Shown here: positions 22,195 through 34,007 of the stretch, piece by piece | Layout: each line of letters starts with the position of its first letter | How positions within the stretch are numbered: the stretch's first letter is position 1 | DNA from: Scenedesmus sp. PABB004 | Lineage: Eukaryota | Assembly: GCA_014905635.1 (NCBI GenBank) | Contig: CM026547.1 | Location: forward strand, 3,224,001-3,288,000 | DNA length: 64,000 bases | Direction of reading: 5' to 3' | Position numbers and translations under genes: made by a program | The notes under the pieces: generated by a model | Databases searched by the model: none | What the model saw: the letters and a program-made list of their open reading frames with translations, nothing else | Told to the model about the DNA's origin: nothing

Positions 22195-25100
22195 TCACGA
22201 GAGGTCGAAGGAGCCCTGGCCCTCGCGGATGGCAAACATGAGGCGCTCGCGCATGACGGCCTTGCCGCTGTAGGGCGGGAGCTTGATGTAGTTGGCGCAC
22301 GTCATCACGCTCGGCAGGTCCCCGTCCGCGAGCGGCGTGCCGTTGCTCCAGTCCATGCCGCCGCTCGCGCCGCTCGGCGTCGGGCCGTCGCCCGGCGGCA
22401 GCAGCGACGGGTGCTTGCGCACGACCGTGAGCCGCGGCTGCAGCGCCGCGATGCCGCCGGGCGGCAGGCGCGGGCAGCCGGTGACGAAGCGCAGGAAGCG
22501 GCGCTGGTCGCTCGGGTCGAGCTCGCTCAGCACCTCCAGCAGGTGCCTGGCGCCGCGCGGCGGGGCGCGGCGGGGCGCGGCGCGCGTGAGCCGGCGCGCG
22601 GGCGCGGGCGGCGCGGGCGGCGCGGGCCGGGCGCGGGGCGGCGCGGGCGGCGCGTCGCTCACCGCACGGGCGTGGAGGTCGCGGTGTAGCCGTGGTCAAA
22701 CTTCATGCTGTCGGCGAGGTGGCCCGGCGACCAGCGCTCGCCCGCGCCGCACAGCAGCGCCTCCATCTCGTCCTCGCGGAACACCTCCAGGCTGCTCAGC
22801 GGGAAGACCTGCGGGGGGGGGGGGGGGGGGAGCGGCAGGGAGGGGCGGCGGGGGTGTGAGGGCGCGGGCGCGGCAGCACGCGGCGCGGCGGCGCGCGGCG
22901 CGGCGCGTGGGCCCCGCCCCGCCGTGCGACCCCCCGGTGGCGCACCTCGTTGAAGCCCTCCCTGAAGGCGGCCATCTGCGCGGCGACGCCGTCGCCGAGC
23001 GTCGCGTCGACGACGGCGGCGATGTAGGGGCCGAGGTTGGCGCTCGTGACCGCGACCTCGGCGCCGTCGGGGCAGAGCGGGTAGCTGGGGTCGCCTGGGG
23101 GGTGGGTGGGTGGGTGGGTGGGTGGGTGTTGGTGTTTGGGCGGGGCTTGTGAGTGGGCGGGAGGCGGGAGAGAGAGGAGAGAGCGCGAGAGAAGAGGAGA
23201 GCGCGGCGCGGGGCGGGGCAGCAGCGAGCGCCGCGCGCGCACCCGGCAGCGTGAAGGTGAGCGCGAGGTCCTCGACCGCGCAGCCGTCGACGAGCGCGGG
23301 CCCCGCGCCCGGCCCCGCCGCGGCGGCGGCCGCCGCCGCGCCGGCGAGGCGCTCGAGGCTCGCGCCGAGCACGGGGTCGACGAGCCCGACGTCGAGCAGG
23401 TCCAGCGGGCGCCCGAGCGCGGCGCGGAAGAAGACGGGGTTGAGCGGCAGGTCGAGCAGGCGGCTGTCCTGCAGCGCCTTGGCGACCGCGCGGCCGAGCA
23501 GGCGGAAGTGCTCCACCACCGCCGCGCCGGGGCCGCGGCCGCCGGGCGGCAGCGGCGCGGGGAAGAGGCCGTACGGCGCGTAGACATAGTCCGCCGCGAC
23601 GCCCGCGGGCGCGTCGTGGCTGAGCACCTCCTCGTGCAGCGACACCGCCGCCGGGCGCGGCGGCGCGCCGGGCACGCCCGGCGGCGCGGGCTTGCCGCCG
23701 CCGGCCGGCGCGCCGCCGCCGCCGCCGCCGTCGCCGCCGCCGCCGCCGTCGCCGCCCTCGCCGGCGTCCGCCGCCGGCGGCGGCTCCTCGCCGCGCCACA
23801 TGCCGAGGCTGCGGCGCTGCAGCTCGTGGGAGAGCATGGTGTAGAACTCGAGCGTGGGCCCCAGGCCCGTGCCGACCTCGCCAAAGTACTCGAGCTCCAG
23901 CACCGCGCGGTGCTTGGCGTAGAGCTCCATGACCTTGACCGCCGAGTCGAGCACGCGGCGGCGCGAGACGCGGACCTTCTGGCGCTGCAGCCGCCCGATG
24001 CGCAGCTCGCGGCCGTCGCGCTCGAGGCCGCCGCCCGCGCCCTCGGCCGCCTGCTGCTGGTGCATGTGGTGCAGCGCGCGGCCGAGGCCAAACGCGGTGG
24101 AGTAGAAGTAGCGCCGGCGCACCTCAAAGGGGAAGAGGAAGCGCGCCGACACGACGAGCTGGTGGCACCACGCCGGCACGCCGCCGCCGCAGATGGACAG
24201 CACGTCCTTGAGCTGCTGCGCGAGCTTGTTGGCGAGCTTGCTGCTCGCCCACTCCTCGCGCGGCACGTGCGCGAGCGCCATCTGCCCGCCGCGCGCCTGG
24301 CCCGCGGCGATGCGCACCGCCTCGGCCGCGCCCGCCGCGCCGCCGGCGCTGCCGCCCGCCGCGCCCGCGCCGGGGAGGAGCGCGAGCTCCCGCGCCGCCA
24401 GCAGGCGCACGGCGAGGCGGTTGACCGCCTCCAGCAGCTGCAGCAGGCGCAGCACGTCGAGGCACGGCTCCGGCGCGGCCAGGTCGGCCGGCAGCGCCAC
24501 GCTCAGCAGCTCGCCGAGCGGGCTCGCGCGCCACACGCTGTCCGCGACGCCCGGCGTCGCGCTGCGCGCGCGGCTCGCCTGCCGGCTGGTGCCCGCGCCG
24601 CCCGCGCTCGCGCTCGCGCCCGCGCCGCCCGCGCTCGCGCCCGCGCCGCCGGGCGCGGCGTCGCCCGCCACGCCGGCGAGGCGGAAGTGCAGCGTGTGCA
24701 CCTGGTCCCACAGCGGCCGGCCGCGGCGCGCGGCGAGGCCGCCGCCGTCGTCGTCGGCGTCGTCGTCGCCGCCGTCGCCGCCCGCCGCGAGCGCGCTCTG
24801 CTGGATTGCCTGAAACACGGTGCAGCTCGCCGGCAGCGCCGCGCCGTTCATAAAGAACTGCAGCTTCGGCCCCGGCGGCGCGGCCACCGCCGCCGCGGCG
24901 CGCGCGCCGCCCGCGCCCGCGCCGCGCGCCCAGGGCGGCCGGCCGTCGGCGCCGGCCGCGCCGGCGGGCGGCGGCGGCGCCGCCGCCGCGCCCGCGCCGG
25001 CGCCGGCGCCCGCAGCGGCAGCCGCCGCGCTCGCGGCCGCCGCGGCCGCGGCGGCGCCCTCCGCGAGGTGCAGGTCGTGCACGGGCATGGACCCAAGGTC

Positions 25101-28100
25101 CAGCTCGCCATCGTCCATGTCGTCGTCGTCCTCGTCCTCGTCGTCAAACAGGCCGTCGCCCGCGCCGTCGAGCATGTCGGCGTCGCCGTCGGGGCCGAGG
25201 CCCTCGTCGCCGGGCATCGGCTCGTCGTCGTCGTGGTCGCTCGACGACCCGCCCTCCCGCATGAGCAGGTCGTCGCCGGAGAGCGGGTCGCCCTCGTCGC
25301 TTGCCTCGCCGGCGGCGCCGGCGGCGCCGGCGCGGCGCGCGCGCCGCGCGGCCGCGGCCTCCTCGGCGCGCGCCTGCGCCTCGGCGCGCGCGCGCGCCGC
25401 CTGCGCGCGCGTCATGCGCCCCGCGCCCGACTCGGCGCCGGGGATGGGCTGCGCCCTGCTCGCCGCGCCGCGCGCCGCCGCGGCCGCGGGCGCGGGTGCG
25501 GCGCCGCCGCCCCTCGCGTCGCCGGCTGCGGCGCCGCCGGAGCTGCTGCGCCGGCGCGTCGCGGGCCCGGCCGGCGCCGGCGACGCGGCGGCGGCGCCGC
25601 CGCCGCCGCCGCCCGCGGGCGCCGGCGCCGCGGCGGCCGCCTCGCCCGCGGCGCGCGCGCGGAGCGCCTCTGCGGTGAGGCCGCGGTTGACGCGGGGCCA
25701 GAGGAAGTCCTCGATCGCGGTCATGTTGGCCAGCGGCTCTATGAGCACGATGCTCGCCGGGTACTCCTTGACCTGGCCCTCGCCCTCGGACCGCACGAGG
25801 CGCAGCTTGAACGGCTGCGTCAGCGCCGCGAGCCCCGACGTGAGGCTGCTGCCGCCAAAGCTGCCCGACAGCCCGCCCGCGCTGCGGCCGAGCGAGCGCG
25901 CGCCGGAGCCGCCGCCCGCGCCCGGCGCGGGCGCGAGGCGGCTGCACAGCACGGGAAAGGCCTCGGACGACGCGAGCGCCGCCTGCAGCTTGCGCACGAG
26001 CGCGGTGAGCGGCACGCCGGCCGCCGCGGCGCTGGCCGCCGCCGCCGCGCCGCCGGCCGCCGCCGCGGCGTCGCCGGCGCCGCCGCCTGCCGCGGCGTCG
26101 CCGTGCGGCGCGAGCGCCGCCACGGTGAAGCTGCGCAGGCGGCGCAGCAGCTGCTCGTCCAGGTGCGTGTCGCCGACGCGCAGGTCCTTGCCCTGCAGGA
26201 AGGCCGTGAGGCGGTGCACCGCGCCGCTGGTGACCATCTCAAAGACCGACACATTGCTGCTCGTCAGCGCCTGCGCGCGGGGTCGGCGGCCGAGGCGGCG
26301 GGCGCGGCGCGGCCGCACGGCGTGAGGCGCACGACGCGCCGGCGCGGCCGGCGGCCGGCGCTGGGTGCAGCCCTGCGCCGCCTGGCAGCCCCGCCAGCCG
26401 CGCACCTCGAGCAGGGCGGCCACGGCGCCGTCGTCCTTGGGCAGCCTGTCACACAGCTCGCGCAGCTGGCGCAGGCCCTCGCTCTCCAGCCCCGCCGCCG
26501 CGCCGGGGCTGCCGGCGGCAAAGTGCTGCTGCTTGAACGCCGCCGCGCGGCGCGCCACCGCGTCCTTGAGCGTGGTGCTGGGCGTGCGCAGGGCGTTGAG
26601 GCCCTCGCCGCCGCTGCTCGGCCCGGCGCTGCCCACGCGCGCCGCCGCCGGCGGGGCCGCTGCGCCCGCGGGCTGGTCCGGCTCGTCCTTGGCCTGCGCG
26701 CGGGGGGGCGCGGCCGCTGCGAATGAGCGGGGCCGCGGGCGCTGCGGCCGGCCAGGCACGCGCCGCGTGCTGGTGCGGAGCGCCGCCCGCCCGCCCGCGC
26801 GCGGCGCACCTGGTCGGCCCTGGAGCCGCGGCGCGAGCGCGTCACCGGCGGCGACGGCGGCGGCAGCCCCGCGCGCGCCGACGGCGCGCCCGCGTCCGAC
26901 GCGCGGCGCGGCGCGGCGGGCTCGCCGCTGCCGCTGCCGCTCGCGCGCGAGGCGCCGGCGCCCGCGGCGAGGTGCTCCAGTGCGTGCGCCACGCCCTCCT
27001 TGATGAAGAAGGCGGTGAAGATGGTCGGCAGCTTGGCCATGAGGATCTCCGCCATCTGAATCGCCGCCGCCTGGGCCTTGGTGTCGCGCCCGCCGAGCAG
27101 GCCCGCGACAAAGCTGCTGATCGGCAGGTCCGCGAGCGCCGCCTCGAGCTGCGCCGGCGAGCCGACCGCGAGCAGCTTGACGATCGTGGCCAGGCAGCGG
27201 CTGCGCACGGCGGGCATGACCGTGGCGTTGTGCACCTGCGCGGCGGCGGCGGCGCGCGGCGGCGCGCGCGGCGGCGTGAGCATGGCGGGGCGAGCAAACC
27301 CACGGCGGCCGCGCGCCTGCGCGGCGAGCAGCCCCCGCGGCGCCCGCCGCACCTGCAGCGTGAGCGGCAGCAGGCTCTGCACGAGCGTCATCACCATCTC
27401 GGGGTCGCTCCTGAGGAACTCGGCCAGCGCGTCGGGCTGGGCGCCGGCGGCGCCCGCGCCGGCCGGCGCCTGCGCGCCGTCGCCGCCGGCGCCGTGCGTG
27501 GGCAGGCCGCGCAGGAGCATGTCGGACGCGTCGGGCACCGCGGGCAGCAGCTCGTGCGCGAGCGTCATGACCTCGTACAGCTGGTCCGGCGTGCGCAGCG
27601 CGGGCGCGAGCCCGCCGCCGCCGCCGCCGCCGGCGCCGCCGCCGCCGCCCGTGAGCGCGGCGTTGGCGAGCAGCGCGCGCAGCGTGTCGACCACGCCCGC
27701 GCGCAGCAGCTGCTGCGCGATGGCCGCGCTGCCGCTCGCGCAGGTGGAGAGGAGCTTGATCATGCCGTAGTAGGTGGCGGGGCTCGTCGCCTGCGCGCCA
27801 CCGGCGCCGTCGTTGACCGCGACGAGCTGCAGCGCCTGGTTGACCAGCCCTGCCGCCTGCAGCTGCTCCAGCAGCGCCGCGTTGGCCGCGTACGCCTCGG
27901 CGATGTGCAGCAGCGCCGCGCACGCGCTGTCCACGACCTTGGCGTCGGCGTACTGCAGCAGGTTGCAGAGCACGGGCAGCGCGTCGCGCACCGCGCCGAC
28001 GTGCGACGGCCCCAGCGCGGTGCACATCGTAGCGGCGGTCGCGACCGCGGTGCGCTGCACGCCGGTCGGGAAAAAGTCGAGGTAGCTCAGCACCGCGAGC

Positions 28101-29642
28101 AGCCCGCCGTGCGACAGCAGCGCGCCCGGGTGCTCGTGGCTGAGCTTCTCCAGCGCCTGCAGGCTCTGCTCCGCGAGGTCGATGTACTCGATCGTCAGCA
28201 GCCGCGCGCAAAAGGCCTGCACCGCGTCGTGCCGCACGATCGCGCCGCACGACGCTGGCAGCACGTCGGCCATGAACGTCAGCGCGCGCGCCGCGAGCAG
28301 CATGATGTCCGGGTTGTGCTCCATGCCCAGCAGCTGCACCTGCGCGCGCGCCGCGGCGGCGGGCAGGGGCCGGGCGGCGTCGGCGGCGGCGCGCGGGGCG
28401 CGCGCGCACGACACCCGCGCGGCGCGGCACGCGCTCGCAGGACAGCCGCGCGGCGGCGCGCGCTCGCAGGACCGCCGCGCGGCGGCGCGCGCTCGCAGGA
28501 CAGCCGCGCGGCGGCACGCGCTTGCAGGACGGCAGCTCGCGCAGCTGCCTGCTGGCAGCGCCTGCTGGCGCCGCCGCCGCGCCCGCCGCGGCGGCGGCGG
28601 CTGCCCGTGCGTTCCCGCCCCGCGGCGCGCGCGTGGGCCACGCACCAGCAGCGGCACGACCTGCTCGACCGGGAAGGTCGCGAGCGACTCCTCGGTGGAG
28701 ATGGAGAGCAGCTCGCACAGGTCCGACAGCGACGCCAGCTGCGCGGTCTCGTCGTCAAACTGCTTCATGCCCGACACGATGCTCTGCGCGGTGCGACACA
28801 GCGGCGGCGGCGGCGGCGGCGGCAGCGGGGGTGAGCGCGCGCTGCCGTCGCGCGCACGCGCGCGCCCGCGTCGGGCGTGCGCCCGGCGCCCTGCCGCGCG
28901 CGGCCGCGCGCCTTGATGCGCACGCCCGACATGCCCATCGGCAGCATGTCCTCAAAGTTGGCCCCCAGCTTGCGCAGCAGGCCCTGCAGCGCGCTGCGGG
29001 GCGGGGTGCGCGGCGCGCGGCCAGGGTGAGCGGGGTCAGCCCCACACCGCCGCTGCCGTCGCCGCTGCCGCCGCCCCCCGCCCGGCGCAGCTCGCCGCCG
29101 CCGCCGCCAGCGCAGCAGCAGCGGCGCCGCGCGCTCGGCGCCGTGCCACGCGTCACTCACTTGCCGGCGGCGCCAAAGTTCCTGCCGAAGATGTCGCCGT
29201 CCTGCGGGGGTCGGATGGCGGCGTGGGCGGGCACGCATGCGGAGCGCGGGCCCTCACAGCCCGGCACCCGCTGGCATTGCGGGCCGCGCACCCGCTCCTC
29301 GTCACCGCCTCCCTCGCCGCGGCCGCCCGGGCGGTCCATGGCGTTGTCGGGCGGGCGCTCCGCCGGTCCTGCGCGGCTCCCAGGCTCGCCCTGGTCGGGC
29401 TTGGGGCCCGCGCCGCTGCTGGGCGGCGCCGCGCGCTGATCCGGCGCCGCCTCGCCTGGGGCGTCCGGTGTGTTGCGCGCACGAGGCGGTGCTCGCGGCT
29501 TGGCGCCGCGCTGGGCTCGCCCGCGCGGCGGGGCCGCGGCAGCGGGCGCCCGAGCGCTCGCGTGCGCCCGTGCGCGCTTGGGCGGGGCCGCCGCGGGCTC
29601 TTCGTCGCTGGCCTTGCGCTTAGAGGCGTGCCGCGTCTCCAT
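22195..29642 (-). CDS. UPL3: HECT E3 ubiquitin ligase, UPL3/TRIP12/Ufd4 type (ARM repeats + HECT)
   Basis: N-terminal METR..., LCELLSISTEESL, HNPDIMLLAARALTFMADVLP, IEYIDLAEQSLQALEKLS, RLQRQKVRVSR, LELEYFGEVGTGLGPTLEFY, and the catalytic C-terminus LPSVMTCANYIKLPPYS...GQGSFDLS*. Confidence 0.95.
28431..28530. repeat. Intronic 29-bp minisatellite in UPL3
   Basis: The unit GCGCTCGCAGGACAGCCGCGCGGCGGCGC starts at 28431, 28460, 28489 and 28518 (partial). Confidence 0.8.
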
Positions 29643-30101
29643 GGAGCGCCGCTAGGCAGCCCTGCTCATGGGCCAGACGCGCGGGCGCGGCGGCAGCGGA
29701 CGGGCAGCGCGCGGCGCGCGGCAGGGCCATCCAAGTCGGCTCGCGCGTGCGTGGGCCCGGGGGCGCGACGGGTGTGGGCGGGCCGGCGCGCCGGCGGCGG
29801 CTGTGCGCGCGCGGCTCCGCAGCGCTCGTCACGACGCGCCGCCGCCGCCGCGCGGCGGCGCCGCTGGCCCGCGGCGCGCACCGCGCCGGGGCGCAGTTCC
29901 CGTGGTCCGCGGCGCGCCCTCGCCGCGCAGCAGCGCTCGCAGGCGCCGCACCCGTCGCCGCCAACCGCCGGCAGCAGCAGCGGCAGCGGCGCCCGGCCGC
30001 CGCGCGCGCGCTGCGTGGCGCAGCAGCCTGCCGGCCCCCCGCCCAGAGCAGCCATGGTGGTCGCCTGAGCGGTACAGCCCCGCGGCGGCAGGATCGGGGC
30101 C

Positions 30102-33100
30102 ATGGAGGCGCTGCCGGAGCCGGCGGAGGACGAGCGCGCGGAGCAGCTCGGCTTTTTCTTCGAGAGCGGCGGCGCCGTCCGGTTCGCCGACTCGCCCGCC
30201 CGCGCCCCCGGCTATGCCGCGGCCGTGGCGTGCGCGGAGCGCTTCGGCGTGGTCGCCTACACCGACATGTCGGGTGGGTGGGGGCCCCGGGATCACGGCT
30301 CCCCGCCCGCCGCCCGCACCCGGGCCCGGTAGCGCGCCCGCGCCCGCCGGGGCGCTGCTCCGTCTCACTCGCCTTCGCGTGCGCGCCGCAGCGGTGTACC
30401 TGGCCTTCACCAATCAGCTCCTCGCGGCGGCGAGCAAGGACGTGAAGAGGTTGGCGTGCCGGCGCGCGCCGCGCGGTGGCTGGCCGATGCCCGGCCCCGG
30501 CCGAGGCGCGGCAGCGGCGCCCGTTCAGGCGGCTGCCGGCGGCGCAGCGCCACCGGCGCCCGCGGCGGCCGCCCACACGCCGCGCCGCGCGCCGCGCGCC
30601 GATCGCCCGCAGCCCGCCGCTGCTGGACCCCGCGACCGTGTGCGCGGCGACGCTGCCGCTCGCGCGCGTGTCGGCGCTGGCGCTCTCGGCGGACCAGCTG
30701 CTGCTCGCTGCCGTCGGGGGCGGCAGCGTCGCGATCTACAGCCTGCCCGCGCTGCTGCACCACCAGTCGGACGCGCCCGTGCTCGCGCTGGACCTCGGCC
30801 GCGACGTGCTCGCGTTTGCGTGGTGCCCCGACGCCGGCGCGCGCGATGCGACCGCCTACCTGGCGCTGACGTCCGACCGCGTGCTGCACGTCGGCAGCCT
30901 CGCGTCGGGCTCGGCGCCGCTCGCCGACGGCGTCGAGGCCGCGGCGTGGTCGCCCGACGGGCAGCACCTCGCGTACAGCAGCGGCGGCCGGCTCGTCGTG
31001 ACGGCGCCCGACTGGAAGGCCAGCGCGTTCGTGGTCAACGTGCCGCCGCCGGAGGGCGAGGGTGCGCGCTCGCTCGGCGCCGCGCCGCCGTCGCCGCCCC
31101 GGCGCGCCGCGCCGCGCCGCCTCGGCGCCTCACCCCCTCGCCCCGCCCGCCCCGCGCGCCGCCGCGCCGCAGACGGCGACGGCGCGTTTGTGCTGGACAG
31201 CCTGGCCTGGCCCGCGCCGGGCGCGATCGCGGCGAGCGGACTGTGGTATGACGCGGGCAACAGCGAGGAGGCGGAGGGCAGCGACGCGTACCTGCTCGCC
31301 CTCACCTGGGACGCCTGGGACGGCACCGCCGGCGCGGCGCCGCAGGGCCTCGCTGCGCGGCTCACCAGCTACGTCACGCTGCAGGTGTGTGTGTGTGGGG
31401 GGGGGGGGGGGGTGTGGCAGGGGCACGTGTGGACGCGAGGGCTGCGCGCCGCCGCGCCCTCGGCCCGCGCGCAGGCGGCTGCCTCGACCCGCCGCCGCCG
31501 CCCCTGACCCGCATGCGCGCCGCCAGAACGTGGACGAGGACCCCGGGTGCGGGCAGCACGAGTGGCCGTACCTTCAGGCCGCCTACGTCCCCGCCTGGCG
31601 CCTGCTCGTGCACGGGCACCGCAAGGCCTGCGACGACCACGTGCGCCTGATGGCGCTCGGCGACGGCGCCCCCGCGCGCGCGCTGGACCAGGGCGAGACG
31701 CGGCTGCTCGCGGCGGTGCCGGCGGTCGCGGCGGGCGAGAACTTCATCGTCGGCATGGCCCTCGACTACTCCAACACGGTGCGCCCGCGGCGCCGCGCCG
31801 CGTGCGCCGCCGCGCGTGCCGCCGCCGCCGCGCTGCGCTGCGCTCGCCGCCGCGTGCTCGCTCGCCGGCGCCGCGACGCCGCCGCCGCCGGCGCCGCCGC
31901 GGGCGCAGGAGGCCATCCCGCACCCGCTGGACCAGGAGGCGCCCGACGTGCCCGGCTCTGCGGTGCTGCTGGTCGCGAGCGTCGACAACGTGCTGCGACT
32001 CTACCGCCTCGCGCGCTTCGGCCAGCACTCTGGCCCCGGCCTCGCGCGCCCACCGGCGCCGCTGCCGGCGGGCCTGCCGCCGGCGCTGCAGTCGGCGCTC
32101 GCGGCGGCCAAGCAGGCAGCGCTGGAGGAGGTGCGGGCGCGCCGGGGGGCGGGGGCCCCAGCGGGGCGGCGCCGCGACGGTGCCGGCGTGGCCGGCCGCC
32201 CGTGCTGGGCGCGGCCGAGCGCTGTCAACGTGCGTCCCTCGCTCGCAGGAGTCGGACACGGCGTCTGTGTGCAGCCCCTCGCCGCCTGGCGCCGCCAGCT
32301 CCGTGCCGGCGGCTCCGGCGGCGGCCGCCGCCAGCTCGGGCGCCGCCGTTGCCGCTCAGCCCGCGCCGCCCCCACCGGCCGTCCCCGGCGGCGAGGAAGC
32401 CGCGGCCGCGGCGGTGGCGCTGCCGTCCGATGACGACTTTGAGGACGAGGAGGAGGAGGAGACGGAGGCGAGCCAGCAGCAGCACCGGGGCACGGCGGCG
32501 GGCGGCGCCAGCGACGAGGCGGATGGCACCGCGGCCGAGAGCGGCTGGGGCAGCAGCGAGGAGGGCGGCGAGTCGGAGGAGGCCACGTCGCAGGGTGAGG
32601 CGCTTGCTCCGCGCCAGCCGCCGCGGGCGGACAAGCAATGCTCAGCCTGTCGCTGCTGCTCACCCACCGCCTGCCCCCCCCCCTCTCTTCCCTGCCCCCT
32701 GCTGCCGCGCGCAGCTGCGCCTGCTGCCGGAAAGGCCGCCGGTGGCGTGTTTGGCGCGAGCAGCGGCGGCGCCGCCGCCGCCGCGCAGCCGTCCTCGGCC
32801 AGCGCCGGCAGCGGGCTGGGCGGCGCATTTGGCGCGGCGCCCGGGGGCCAGCTGGCGTTCGGCTTTGCGACGGCGAGCAACGCCGCCGCGAAGGTCACGA
32901 CCGGCGCGACGGGAGGACCCCTCGGCGCGGCCGCCGCGCCAGCGTTTGGCGCGCCGGGCGGCAGCGCGGCGCCGGCGTTTGGGGGACTGGGCGGCGGCGG
33001 CGGCCCGTTTGGGGGCTTCAGCCTGGGCGGCGCCAGCGGCAGCGCCGCCGCGGCGGGCGGCTCGCTGTTTGGCAGCGGCGGCAGCGCCTTCTCGACGCCC

Positions 33101-33952
33101 ACCGCGTCGGGCGCCCCGGCAGCCCCAGGCACGGGGCCGTTCGCGCTGCCGGTGGCGGCGTTCCAGCAGGCGGCAGCCACTGCGGCAGTGCCGGGTGAGC
33201 GGAAGAAGCTCCGAGGCGCTCCCGTCCCGCCACGCCGCTGCGCGCGCACGCACAGGGCATGGCTCACCTGCCGCCGCCCGCCGTGCGCCGCCCCGCAGCC
33301 GACCAGTTCCAGGCGTCGCCCACGTTCCAGGGCGCGCGGCCGGGCTTTGTGTACACCACAGGCCCCCACGGCACCGGCTACTACAGGGACGCGCGCCGCG
33401 CGCCGGCGCCCATGGCGGCGCAGCCAGCCGCCGCGGCGGACAAGGCGGCGGCCGCGGCACCGCCGGCGCAGGCCGCCGCCGGGGCCGGCAGCAGCGCGAG
33501 CGGCATGTCGGGCGCCGGCCAGGCCAGGCCCGCGGCGGCCGCGGCGGCGGCGCGCCGCGTCGCCGCACAGCAGCAGCAGCAGCAGCAGGCGTTGGCGGCG
33601 GCGGCGCCGCCACCGGCGGCGACCAAGAAGCCCCAGCTGCAGGTCCCGGCCGTCAAGGTGGCCCCGCCCAAGGCCCAGCTGACAGACCAGGGCCAGGAGG
33701 TGGCAGAAGTCGAGGCGGCGTTCCTGCAGTCGCTGCACGCCGTGGGCCAGATGTCGGCGCAGCTGCAGCAGCTCGTGGCGCACGCGGTGCCGCGCGACGT
33801 CGCCGCCTGGTCGCTCGCGCGCGACACCGGCGCGCTGCGCAAGCAGGCGCGCGCGCTGGCCGACACGCACCGGCAGCAGAAGCAGGTGCGGGGGCGGGCG
33901 CGCCGGCGGCGCCCCGCAGGCCCGTGCCGGCTGCCGCGCGGCCGCCGAGCGT

Positions 33953-34007
<55 letters not shown>

